Assembly: GCF_000143415.4 (NCBI RefSeq)
Contig: NW_003314303.1
Location: 1,239,322-1,303,321 of the forward strand
Direction of reading: 5' to 3'
Origin: Selaginella moellendorffii
Taxonomy: Eukaryota > Plantae > Lycopodiophyta
DNA: 64,000 bases
The notes under the pieces are model-generated. The model ran no database searches. It saw only the letters and a program-made list of their open reading frames with translations, and was not told where the DNA came from. The stretch's first letter is position 1. Every line of letters begins with the position of its first letter. The position numbers and the translations under genes are program-made. Positions 1 to 12,381 of this stretch are shown one piece after another.

Positions 1-118
1 GTACGTGGATCAGCACTTGCTTAAGGTACTCTATATTTTTCTTTCTACGCATTGCACACATGATGTTGAGTGATAGGCGATCCAGGCAGCGAGTGAAGCG
101 CAGCCCGCGCACAATCAT

Positions 119-3100
119 GATCTGATAGCGAAAGTTTTTTAAAAGTTAGGGTTTATAGCGTAAATGGCGCCATTTTGGCTTAGGGTTTGCAAGAGAGGGC
201 GATGGGGCCGGAGCGGTCGGTGTCCTACATTTCGCTGTTCCGGTTCGCGGATGCCAAAGATTTTGTGCTGATTGCGGCTGGCACGCTCGGCGCCGTCGTC
301 AATGGCCTCACTTTCCCTGCGATGCTCATCATTCGCGGCCGCATGATCGACAACTTTGGTACTTTGCCACAGGACGGCGCGATGAGCACGAAGTTCTCCC
401 AGGTGCGCGGTTTTCTCCCTGTTCTAAGTAGTGCGCTCGCTTTTTCTCCTTTGACTCCACCGGTTTTGGTGATTGGATCTTGGATTTGGTTGTGAGTGTG
501 GATTGGTTGTTTTGCTGCAGGACGCGCTTCTTTTTGTTTATATCGCCATTGTTGCGTGGATCGCGTCATACATTGGTATCTTATCCATAGACTAAAGAAA
601 AAGGAATAGAAGAACAACTTAGTGGGCTTGCTTAAATGTGTTTTTATCTCGTGTGGTTAAGACAGAAGTAAGCTGCTGGATGTTTACTGGCGAGAGGCAA
701 GCGTCGAGGCTGAGAGCACTGTATCTCAGATCTGTGCTCCGCCAGAACGTTTCTTTTCTTGACAACGAGCTTTCAGCAACTTACATTGTCAACTGCGTAT
801 CGGACGATACGCTCCTGGTGCAAGAGGCAATTAGCGAGAAGGTAACGTTGTCTTTCATATATTTTTTGTGTCGCTTTCGGATATTGATGTTTGCTGTGAA
901 GGTCTATATAGACTGGCAACTTCATCCGGAACGTTGTCCAGTTTGTGGGAGGATATTTGGTTGGATTTACGCAGTCTTGGAAGCTGGCAATCGCTATACT
1001 GCCTTTCACGCCGCTGCTCATTCTGCCAGGGGTGTTTTACGGGAGCGCCATCTTGAAGTTTGAGAATGAGAAGCAGGCCACGTACAGTAAAGCAGGGAAC
1101 ATGGCGGAGCAAACGATCGCGTGCATTCGTACTGTGTACTCACTTGTCGCGGAGACCAAGTCCCTTCGAGCTTATTCTCTTGCTCTCGAGGAAACCGTTG
1201 CATCTGGTTTAAAGCAGGGACTTATCAAGGGGCTGGTACTCGGTTCCAACGGGATCAGCTTCGTTTTATGGGCCTTCATGGCCTGGTTTGGAAGTGTGCT
1301 TGTCATGCACGGCGAAGCTAATGGTGCTGAGATTATCACTACCGGTTTGGCTCTGCTTAACGGAGGAAGGTACTTCTTCTCTTTTACGTTTGGAACAAAT
1401 GAAAACTTTGGTTTTTCTGATGCAGAGCTCTTGGTTTTGCCATGTCCAATCTTGGCGTTTTTGTTGAAGGACGCATGGCGGCATGGAGAATGTTTCACAT
1501 CATTAGGCGGATTCCACCCATCGACGTCGATAAATCTGACGGGAAAGCAATGCAATCTGTTCAAGGGCACATCAGACTGGAGGAAGTGGTATACGGCTAT
1601 CAGACAAGAGCTGACACACCCGTTCTTACCAGTTTCACACTGGACATACCCGCCGGTAACTCTGACTCTTGAGGTTTTTCGTTCTCTCATGAGCGTCAAA
1701 TGCAGGTAAAACCACCGCTTTAGTTGGCAGAAGTGGCTCCGGAAAATCTACTGTTATTTCTCTGCTGGAACGGTTTTACGATCCTTCAGCTGGTAGAATT
1801 CTTTTTGATGGAGTAGACATTAAGGAGCTTGACCTCAATTGGTATCGGCACCAGATTGGTCTTGTGAGCCGCGTTGTTTGCGACAACAATAAGGGAAAAC
1901 ATATTATACGGAAAGGAAGATGCCAGCGATGACGAGGTCTACAGAGCTGCTCACGCAGCAAATGCACATAGTTTTATTGTCAGGCTTCCCGAAGGCTACG
2001 ACACTCTGGTAAGCTGTCAGTTTTGAGATCACAAACTGTTCTCATCTCCTACACAGGTTGGCGAACGAGGACTAAAAATGTCCGGAGGTGAAAAGCAAAG
2101 GATTGCCTTAGCCAGGGCGATAATAAAGGAACCACGTATCCTTCTGCTGGATGAGCCTACCAGTGCTTTAGACATGAAGTCAGAAACAGCAGTTCTGGCT
2201 GCTTTAGAGAAGGCAAGGCTTGGACGCACGACGCTTATAGTCGCGCACAGGATTTCTACGATCCGGAACGCAGATGCAGTTGCTGTTTTAGAGTCGGGAA
2301 GGATAGTAGAGACTGGAAGACACGATGAGTTAATGGCAGTGGGGAAGGCGTACAGGGCTCTTGTTTCTTTGGAAACGCCTCGCAGTGCTCTGCTAGGCGG
2401 AGAAGATGCGGTGCATGCAAGTCCTGAGAATGCACAGTCATCACATTCAGCACCAGTTATCGCAGCCCAGAATGATCAAGATTCAGTTCTTTATCCCTCA
2501 AGGCGGATCAGGCCATCGTTCTTCCAGCTTTTGAGTTTAGCAACACCGGAATGGAAGCAGGGAGTGTTGGGACTCGCCGGTGCTCTTGGTTTTGGCGTTG
2601 TGCATCCAATGTACGCCTTTTTGCTGGGATGCATGGTTTCCGTATACTACCTGAACGATCACGAACAGATGCGGAAACAGATCAACCTCTACTGCGTCAT
2701 CTTTCCTGCGATGATGGCTGCGTCCTTTCTCGTGAACCTCGAGCAGCACTGTAACCTGGCAGCTGTTGGCGAGCATTTGTCAAAGAGGCTGCGTGAGGCG
2801 ATGCTGGCGGCGATCCTGAAGTTCGACGTTGGATGGTTCGACAGGGATGAAAACAGCAGCAGTGCAGTTTGTACACGCTTGTCCTACGACGCAAACGTGG
2901 TAAAGTCTTCGTGTTTTCCGTGGATATGTAACTAAGGAATCTCTTATCTACACAGGGTGGCATGTCATATCGCCGTTTTTGTGCTTACAGATTCGAGCTC
3001 TTATCACCGACCGTATCTCACTCCTCGTTCAGACGGGTAGCGCAGTAATTGTGAGTTTCACCATCGGACTGGTTGTTAACTGGAGGCTGGGAATACTCAT

Positions 3101-3513
3101 GATCGGGACTCAACCTCTGTTCGTCTTCTGCTACTACATCAAACTGGTATGTCTGAAAGGCTTTACGCACAAGTCTGCAAAGGCACACACCGAGGCAAGC
3201 CAGTTAGCTTGCGAAGCGATAAGTCAGCACAGGACAATCACAGCTTTTTGTTCTCAAGGCAGAGTTCTGGCAATGCTCCAATCCAGGCTAGATGCGTCGG
3301 TTACAGATCTGAAGAAGCGGTCTCACACTGCTGGATTGGGCCTGGGAGTTGCACACTTCGTTTTGTACGCATCATGGGGCCTTCAGTTCTGGTATGCGGG
3401 CGTGCTTGTCAGCAAGAGAAAGATCAGCTATCAGGACGTGTTCAAGATATTTTTCGTGTTCCTGAGCACGGGACGTGTGGTGGCAGAGGCACTTGGCCTG
3501 ACGCCCGACCTCG
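119..3513 (+). repeat. Left arm of a ~3.4 kb inverted duplication (partner 13294-16692)
   Basis: Reverse-complement near-identity includes introns and ~80 bp of upstream sequence. The ORF track shows mirrored identical ORFs. Confidence 0.95.
202..3513 (+). pseudogene. ABCB (MDR/P-glycoprotein) transporter, frameshifted and 3'-truncated copy
   Basis: TMD1, NBD1 ([33 protein letters not shown]) and TMD2 are near-identical to the copy at 12382-16609. An 8-nt deletion at ~1870 (cttgtgagcc|gcgttg versus cttgtgagccaggagcccgcgttg) destroys the VSQEP Q-loop and shifts the frame. Homology stops at 3513, before NBD2. Confidence 0.9.
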
Positions 3514-3699
3514 TCATGAGCTCTATAACATCTCTGAAGCGCATCAGCGGGGTCGTTCCTAGGGAGTGGTATTCACGAGAATCCATTGGGACTTGAAACC
3601 CTAAATGATGTTCAAGTTCTCGGACTTGGACTCGATCCGCGGACGCGAGACAGAGAATCTAATGTGGACCACGACACGCATCAAATGGCGACTCTTTGT

Positions 3700-3880
3700 C
3701 CCGGATTTGCTCGTGGATCTCTCGCACCATGCGCCGGAAGAGCTCCAGAGCGAGCTCGTCTTGGCCGTTGTCGACGCAGCCAAAGATCATGGACGTCCAC
3801 GAGATGACGTTGCGATCTTGCATGGAGTCGAAAACTCCCTGCGGATTCCGCGTACATGTCGACGAGGGAAAATGCTGGAG
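3700..3880 (-). pseudogene. PLS-type pentatricopeptide repeat (PPR) gene fragment
   Basis: Reads VFDSMQDRNVISWTSMIFGCVDNGQDELALELFRRM, a typical plant PPR motif. Only about one repeat is present. Confidence 0.75.
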
Positions 3881-4394
3881 TGAGCCATACCTTTCTTCAG
3901 AGAAGCGAGCTTGACGAGCCGGGAGTCGATCTCCACGGCCTCCCCCTTCACTGCGCAGCAGCCGCAAGCCTTGATCGCAGCTAGAAACGTTCTCGGTCGT
4001 GGCCCTTGAGCCCGGCAAACGAGAGGCTAGTCTTGGCGGGATCGCCAAGTGCTTCCTCTTGTACTCCTCGCGGTTGAGAAAGTATGCATATGAATACAGG
4101 CGATAGTCATCGTCATTGTAGCTATCATCATCTCCCTCTTGAGTCCTCGGCCTCGCCGCACGCTATTGCCAAAGCCACAAAGACTTAGAAATGGAAAAAA
4201 CTAGAGTAGAGATCGGTGCTTACCGTGGCGAGTTGCATCAGGGGTGCGTTTGATCTTCTGGGCGCGTTTACTCTCTGCACCACACCGCCCCGCCTTTCTC
4301 GACCCATTCCCGGAGAAGCTCTTTCACTCGAGGCAGCACTATGAACTCCACGTCTAGGCTGAAAACCAGCTAGAATCGGCTGCTGCACTTCAGC

Positions 4395-4700
4395 AGGAGG
4401 CACAGCCTCGATCCGCCAGTAACGTCCACGAGCAGTCGCAAAAGAAGATCGTCAAGAAGTGCTGCCTTGCGAGAAATCAAAGCTGGAGCACTCCAGCCCC
4501 TGGCAGACCGCGAGAGCTCCTCCGGTGTGGCCGCGAGAGCTCCTCCGTGGGGAGCTGGACGATCCTTGTTGCAAACATCCCAGCTTCCTTCTCCGTGTCC
4601 CTGTGGAACTTTTGGAGTGTCCTCCAGCCTCGTAGAGCAGCGGCTTGTAGAGCTTTACGTCGAGCTCCAGAGCTCTGGCATCCAGTCCCATGGCGGCGAG
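4395..4700 (-). pseudogene. 2OG-Fe(II) oxygenase-like gene relic (microbial-type family), frameshifted
   Basis: Across frames it reads VKLYKPLLYEAGGH / FHRDTEKEAGMFATRIVQLP / HTGGALAVCQG..FDFS / IFFCDC / VTGGSRL. This includes the HxD metal-binding motif and the C-terminal Arg. Confidence 0.65.
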
Positions 4701-4952
4701 ACCACAGACGAGAAGAAGCTTGGGGCAGGAGATCTTATCTGGACTCGAGGAGCGTCCTCTCGCCGAGACCGTATGGCGCTTGCTGGCAAACCGACTTGGC
4801 CAGACTGGGAATCCATAACTCCCTTAAACCCTAAAATGTGTTGCTCAATTTTATGTTTGTTAGTAGCAGCATACTAGAAAAATCAAGTTGCACCAAGGCT
4901 AGCTAAGCCACAAAAGACTAAAAGACTGCTTCTTGGGTTTAAAATTTGGGGT

Positions 4953-5147
4953 GGTTGGGTTGTGCCAGGCTCAAGCGGTAGTGTAAGGCCAAAGTGACAC
5001 GTGGAAGACCGGGTAGCAAGCTACCAGTGGCCCTCCTCCCACAAAAAATTAGGTTAATAGCGTTGGGACACGTGGTCCCATATCAGCTATTAAACTGATA
5101 AGAACAGATACTACATTTGATCTTAGCCAAAAAGCTGAGAAAGGTAT
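4953..5147 (-). ncRNA. U2: U2 spliceosomal snRNA (variant or pseudogene)
   Basis: The minus strand reads ATACCTTTCTCAGCTTTTTGGCTAAGATCAAATGTAGTATCTGTTCTTATCAGTTTAATAGCTGATA..., then an Sm site (AATTTTTTG) and the 3' stem-loops. Length is ~195 nt. Confidence 0.92.
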
Positions 5148-5689
5148 GAACTTTCCATGCTCAGACTTTTATTTTCATTATACGCTAAGTCTCTCTTTTT
5201 TGTTTTACGTTCTAAGTTCTTGCTATAGGTGGTGCTTTGGTAAGCAACTGCCAAAGCTTTTCTATTGATCTTGTGTTCCAGCTTCTTTCGTGCTCTAGAA
5301 TAGTTGTCTAGAGCTAAAGCTCAAGCTCAAAGCTTTGTAGGTTTTAAATTCACTTTCTTTTTATATTTCTTCATCGCGTAAGCGCGGTGTGGAAGCAGTT
5401 TAGAAGAAGAAACTACTTTTCTAGAGCTGGATTCGTATCGCTGTAACTTCGATCTTCCTCCTGGCGAAACAAGACATCTGAAACGAAAAATGCGGTGAAC
5501 GTGGAACGAACACGCGACCTTCAGTCTGAGGCTCTCCCAACTGAGCTGTCCCCGCTTACTTTGACTGATTAATAACATTGATTTGTTCTTTAAAAAAAAG
5601 GGAAATTGAACAAACGTTAGAAGTTGAGAACAAAAGCTAAACTGATGAGTATAATATGAAAGGCTATTTGCTAGAAAAACTTTTCACCA

Positions 5690-7330
5690 CTACTTTGTAA
5701 GGAATTTCCTGTACCACCGTGCGGATGTTACCAATGTGGGAATTCTTTGCAAGTCCTTCCCATACTCGACGTGATAGAGGCCGAATTTCACTGACAGTCC
5801 TCTCGTCCACTCGAAGTTACCCAGCAGAGACCATACGAAGTAGCCTCGACCATCGGAGCCACCGCTATGCAAGCACGGAGATGATGAAAAAGAGAACATG
5901 CGTTTGCCAGGTGAGTACCTTCAATGGAGCTGTCACATTTGTAACATCGCTTATTCCTGATAGCGAGTTTTGGTTTTTTTTTTTTTTTTTTGTGAAAGAA
6001 ACTTTAAGTTGAGAAGGCGCGTCATTCCGAACGGAACGATGTAAAAGCCATTCACGTTCTGTAAAATTAAATGATCATTCCTCGTATCTGCGACCAACCA
6101 CAATGGGATTCAGGCTTTTGAAGAAAGAGTAAACCTGTTTTCTCTAAGAGAAAACTCCGGTGTCTTTGAAATAGGCTTGGTGGGAGAATGCTGCCTGTGG
6201 TAGATTAGAATTAGCAGAATCTGCGTCATAAAAGCTGGTGGTCATTAATCCCGACGAAGTCATGAGATCCTTTGAGACGTTTTGATTGTTCTTTCGTAAA
6301 CCTTGGAAGACGGTCACGAACGCGAGAACGCATTGTTGCTGGACAAACATGATTGGATCCAGCATCCTAGAACGATTCTTTGTCAGAAACTCCAGAAGAG
6401 CAGTTCTTACCATCCAAGATTGAAGTCCAGGGCTCTCCTAGCTGCAGCTTTATCCTTTGATAAATTAGAGAAAATTGTGCATCGAGCGTAATACCGATGA
6501 TTCCAGCTTGTTTCTCCTGATAAAAGAAAAGAAACGAGAAATCCAATCAGGAAACGAAACACAATTTTTGAGACCTGGTATTTTTCTCGATATATCTTCA
6601 CTGCGGACGCGTGAGATAAAAGAAGATGACGTCCAACGATGTAAGGCTCCCCTGAAGAGTTCCCAGCAGAGCAGTTGCTAACTTCAGACGAGCATCTTCC
6701 AGGAGCAAGCAAGCCAAAGTTGTAACCAAAGTTACAGATTGCATGAGGCTCGTTGAAAGTAATCAAGTGCTTACACGATCTCCAAACGCTCTGAAGCATG
6801 CTTCGACATAAGCTGCATAATCATCCCTGTAAAGATCAAAGCTATAAGCACAATGGACTCCTTCAAGTTTAGTGAAAACTACGTTTTTGTCATGTCTGTT
6901 TGTTTTTTAGTGAAATAAAGTTACATAAGGTTGAATACCTATTAAGAATCAGTTAAGAAAACAAAAGAAAAAGGCACATTGTCTTCAACATTAAGATGGT
7001 TGTAATACTTCACACCTTCCTGGTTTATTTTGCCACTCCCCTCTGCAAGAATTTCACAAAGACGCAAGTAGCTGATATGTATCTTACCAGGGAAAATCCG
7101 AGATCAGGAGATGGAAAATCTGTAAGCACCATTAATCCGACGTCTTCCTGTTTGTTCACAGTCACGAGCAAAGCCAAACCAGATAGAGCTTGCAGAACCT
7201 TATAACGATGATACTGATCCACTGCAACATCTCCAGGTGTTCCATCCATTACTTTTCCGGGAGTGTGAGCATAAACGTCCCAGATGCTTGGGCCCCTTCC
7301 ACCTTCTTTAATAGCGCCTTCATACTGCAA
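5690..7330 (-). pseudogene. Glycoside hydrolase family 1 beta-glucosidase, degenerate
   Basis: Motifs [69 protein letters not shown] and KFGLYHV are present. There are frameshifts and deletions, and no (I/V)TENG nucleophile motif was seen. Confidence 0.85.
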
Positions 7331-7394
7331 CATAAACGTTGCTTGAAGAATGACGAAAAGCGCTAAGCTCCACCTGGTATGACGCGGACGATGT

Positions 7395-7750
7395 TCCAGC
7401 TTGAAGCAGCGCATTCTGGAAAGGGTCCAGTCCGAGGCAGTGACGCTATCCCGTTCTCAAGCCACTCATAAGATGCATTCACTTGAGCGTAGTCATCCAA
7501 GCCCACGATCCGGTCGATCTCGGACTTTGGTGCACGAGTCATGAAGCCACCGTTTATAGAGCGTCCTCCCCCAAGGATTCTTGCTCTTGCATTTGGTACC
7601 AGATCTGTGGTAAAAAATCCTTGAGAATGAGCTTGATCGAGAATGCTCAATGCAGAATTCTCTTCTCTCATGAACACGGCATTTCCATACGGCGAGTCGC
7701 CTCTTTCCAGGAGCAGGACTTTGGACTTTCGCGACAGAGATGTATCATAT
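7395..7750 (-). pseudogene. GMC oxidoreductase (HOTHEAD / mandelonitrile-lyase-like) N-terminal fragment
   Basis: Reads KVLLLERGDSPYG and ARARILGGGRSINGGFMTRA...VNASYEWLE. It is truncated at both ends. Confidence 0.8.
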
Positions 7751-8151
7751 TTTTACTATTGCAATCTCTGTGTGGATCCTCTGGCAGGTTTCAGCATCCC
7801 TTTAGCTTTCGCATGCCATCAGTGCCGCAGATGGGAGATTCTAGCTCCTTCACCAAAAAGCCAATGCAAAAAACACTCCGAGGCTTCTAAACACCAGCAC
7901 GAGATAGGCGCAGCACTTCCACGAGCAAACTTTGCCACTCTGCACAAGAACAAGGCTGATCAACCTGGCTATAATAGACGATATAGTAAGATACAATGTT
8001 TATATAGTTCCTCAAGAAGCATAAGATTGACACATTCAAATGAAACATTACTTTCTAACTTGATGCTTCCCAGAGAAACAAATACAGTTGAGAGCTGTCA
8101 TTAAACATTTGCTAGAGTAATACTATTAAAGTTATTAGGGCTGTTTTATTA

Positions 8152-9976
8152 ATGGGCTTGGTTCATATAAGCGAGGAGAAGAGAAAGGCGGTGGTGGATC
8201 TCGACAATGTGGAGCTCCAGCGAGTCGCCTCCATCCTCCACTCCGTGGTAAGCAAGCTTGGCGACGACAGCCCCGTCGAGCTCGCCAGGCTATGGTCGCT
8301 CGCCGCTAAATGCCACAAGCCCACGCTCACTGTGAACGTTGTCACGCCATCCGCCGCCGCCCTCAAGCAGCGCTTGGCGATCCAGCGCCAGAACTTGGAA
8401 CCCAATCTCTCCATCGCCCCCGCCTTGCAACCCATCCCTGCACCACCGCCTCCTCCATCAGCTTCTTCATCTTTGTTCTTCACCACCACCACCAACAGTG
8501 CTACAGATGCTCCATCGCCATCGCCCCCTCTTGCAGTGGCAAGCCGAGGATTCGGCCAGTCTCTCGAGGAAGCGTTCGCCGGGCTGGGCCGGCTCAAAGA
8601 TCCCGAGAAGGAGAATCAAAATGCGGTATCTCCAGTGCTGGAAGCTCCTCAAGTTGGCGGTGGTCTCCAAGAGAATGAGGTAAGCAAACTTCCCTCTTGG
8701 TTCTCGCTAAGTTCTGCTATGATCTTCCATGGCAGCCCAAGCTGGAAGGCTCTTGCTTTGGAGCTTGCAAGCTTCGCAGGCTGTCTGTGGAGATGAGTCC
8801 CTGGAAAGGATGCCTCGCGACTCCATCGTCCGAGCACAATAACTCGGCCATCTCGGCGCTTCTCTACTGTCCGGTGCTCGAGGCCTTCTCGGGGGACTGG
8901 GAGCAGAAAGGCTGGCTCTTCTCAGCGTCACACAACCTTCTCAATCTCTGGGTGTGCTCTCGAAAGCCAGTCGGCCACCCTCTCGAGGTAGCCACACTTC
9001 AAAAGCTTGACGTTTGCAAACTCTTTATGATCTCGTTCTTGCCAGCTGATGCATTCGCAGAACACTGCCACCGTCGTGGATGCCATGGACGTCGACATGG
9101 GTGTCAAGGTGATCATGTCCGTGGGCTCTCCTCGGCCGGGAAGGCCCTTTCGCGTTGCTCTCCACAGCCTCCAGACGAAGAACTTATTCGAGCCTCTGGT
9201 AATTTCCGTGCTTGTGTCCTCCTTCCAGAATCACGTCGTGGTGCTCGCAGGGAACGATCCAAATCCCGGAGAGAACCTCTCCCGAGTTCCTCAAGCAGAT
9301 CTACGCCGGGTCCTCGAGAATGGTTCACGTCTCGTCCCTCCAGCCTTTCAAAGGACCTCTCAAGACAGCTCTAGCTGTTGGTCTCGGAGGAGATGTCCTG
9401 GTCTACGAGCTGGCCGCCGCGTCGACAGTGGAGGCCATCGTCGCTCCAAGAGCTTCGTGGAGAGCTCACGACACCGCCATCTCGTGCATGCATCCCAGCG
9501 CGTTTTGCTGCAGCATCATCACCGGTGCCTGCGATGGATCGATCAAGCTCTGGGACCTGAGAAGCAAGCCCACGCTTCCCTCCCGCCAGTGTGGACACCA
9601 GAAGCAAGTAACCGGCCTTGCAGTGCTCGACACCACCACCCTTTGCAGCTCCGGCACTGACGGCTCCATCCACTTCTGGGACTTGCGCTCGACCAACCGA
9701 GCTTTCGCCAGCGTCATTCCGGACGGGAAGCCGGTGCTCAACATGGCGTCGGCGTCGTCGTCACCGAGCTTGATCGCCTTCACGACGCGGCAGAGCCTCT
9801 ACTGCCTCGAGTTTTGCGGGCCAGAGGGGATGACCACCATGCTCTCGCCGCTACGGCCTCTCCCTCCGGTGGGGCCTTGCACGGCGGTCAAGTGGAACAC
9901 CAACAGCAAGCACGTCTACGCCGCTGGCGTCGATGGAACCATCAGCGTCTTCAAGAATGCGTCGTCCTCGTCTTGA
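8152..9976 (+). CDS. WD40-repeat protein with Pro/Ser-rich N-terminus (multi-exon)
   Basis: WD repeats include AHDTAISC..ITGACDGSIKLWDLR, GHQKQVTGL..SSGTDGSIHFWDLR and AAGVDGTISVF. There is a donor gag|gtaagc at ~8679 and a stop at 9974-9976. Confidence 0.75.
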
Positions 9977-10559
9977 AGAAGATCAAGGCTTTCAAGACCG
10001 GGTTGGCCGATCGTTTTAAGTTCGTGTTCTTTCAAAGCTCTTGCCACGCGTAGTATCATCTCATGTCATGAGAATGGAGACGAAGAATCAGCTCTCTATC
10101 AATTCATACTTGACGAAGGTGGCAAACCCAGCACGGCGACTTTGGTTTTTAAATCTCTTTTCTAGTCGCGAGCAAAGGAGATGCATCGAAGGGAGATTCC
10201 CGAAGAGAGGAACGTATTCGCAAATGATCGTGTCACTCTCCTTGTAGCACTCTTGTTTTACTGAGGAGGAGCAATCACAGCTCAAAGAAATACTAGTGAG
10301 GTTTTTGGACACACCATGCTGGCAATTCTTACGCGAAGAGCCGGAGCGCGGTCTTCAAGTCTTTGAAAGGATCTGGCAACCCGGTCTCCTGGACTGCATC
10401 GTTTGTGATTCCTGCGGTGAAAGTGAGGCTGTGCTCAAGACGGTTGAAAGAAGAACGAGGAAGTAACGAGGTGAACTTGGTGACATATGTTGCAGCTCTT
10501 AGGGTGAAGATTATAGTTCCTGATCCAAAAGAGCTTATCAACTCACTATAGCAAAGATT

Positions 10560-12300
10560 TTGATGAATAGTTTTTAAAAGTCACCATTAAGGATTATATT
10601 GAATGAGACGATTTTATGGTTGCTTTTCACTTACCTTTGAGTTTTTTTGTTATTCTACTTAACTACATTAATTTTTTATTTCTCTTATAAACTACACTAA
10701 ATACTTATTAATATTAGGAACACAAATTTGTACTTTATATTTTAGTTATATGATATAGATATAAAAAATAATTTATATATTAATATAAAAACTTTTAATG
10801 CCAAAACCTATGTTAGGAATGTTTTATTAGAAAATAATAACTTTATTTAGTTTTACTTTGAGTAATATAAATTAGTTATATTTTCTATGATCAGTTTTGA
10901 CCACAATGATTTTTTTATTATTTATATGCGGTATAAATCATTATTTGAGTTGCATCTTTATCTCAATAAATAATATACTCAAAGCTAAATGTAAAATTGA
11001 GATCATTTGCATAAGTTTAATGAGGATTTAGATTTATTTAATAGTTATTTTACTTTTTGAAATAAATAATTTTTTAAGTAACTCAATTTAATATATAAGA
11101 TTTAATTATCACTACTAATTATTTTGTTATGTTTAAGTATTTTTTATCATTCTTTTTATTTTGAATCCTTTGAAAAATTACAAATAAAAATCATCAATTT
11201 AGTTTTTAAAAATCTTAACTTACTAATCAAAGAGTGTTATATACATTTTAATCAAAAATATTGAAAAGTGAGTACAATTAAAAAATTAAATGAATTTTGA
11301 TTTAAAAAGTCTTACATCCAACCTATTTAATTTATATATTCAGATATACATGTCCAAAAAACAGTTTGAGCTCGGAAATCTTGGATCTTGAATTCATCTA
11401 TATCACTACCAAAAATAAAAACAGTTTGCCATGGTTGAATGAATATATGACCTTTACAAATTTATAATTTAATATAATTATATTAAATATATATTTTAAA
11501 TAGAACTAAAAATAAAAATATAATATAATAAAATTTATACATATAAAGTGAGGTTTTTAGAGATATTTTAAATTTTATGAGTTAAAATTGATATAAATAA
11601 GCATTGTCTATAATAAATTTATCAATTCTAAAGACTTTATTAAAAACAAAAGTTCTAACATGATTTTGATCTTCTTAATTAATTTATTAATATAGACATA
11701 ATAAAAACTATCTAAATATTTAAATTAAATTTATTTAATTTCACTTGAATGTACATGTGGTGTTCATATCATCCTTTCTTGGATCTAGTGATCGGGATTG
11801 AGCATTGATGAGGGTAATACTTTGTAAAAACCTTTATTGGAATGATATCTCAAAAAAAAAAAAAAATTACTTGGCAGGTGATAAGATAGAAAAATAGAAT
11901 AAACACAAAATATTTAGCTTTAATGGGTTTATAACAATCATCTTTTATAGATTAATAATATTTGTAAAAGGATATAATATTAAAAAATAAATATTTTATA
12001 TATTTAACACATTACAATTAATAAATTTATTTAAATTAAGTAATAAATTTTATTAATTAAATATCACCAAGATCAGTGTAGAAGAGCTGAAAGGACATAT
12101 AATAGAATTAAGAAGAAAAATTGAAAGAATGTAAGCTGATAAAAATAAACATTATTATTATATGATATTATAAAATATAGTTGGAAAGTGTTCATCATTA
12201 GTTTTATAACAATATAAAATCTTAAACAACCAAAGTACAATAAATAAATTTATTTATTTTTTCATAATTTGCATGGTAAAGTTTTAGGTCTTTGTTTGCA
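10560..12300. other. Very AT-rich island
   Basis: Abrupt shift to long A/T runs with almost no CpG. The ORF track shows no ORF of 60 aa or more. Confidence 0.85.
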
Positions 12301-12381
12301 ACATTACATACAAGAGTTTTACATTTATACATTGTCTATGCCTCTGACTTCGACAAGAAAATGACCAGAAAAGCTGTAAAC

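Noticed and set aside
58-125. Possible C/D-box snoRNA (atgatgt...ctga)
   Set aside because: Box C is imperfect, there is no terminal stem or recognisable guide, and the ctga falls in the duplicated ABCB upstream sequence.
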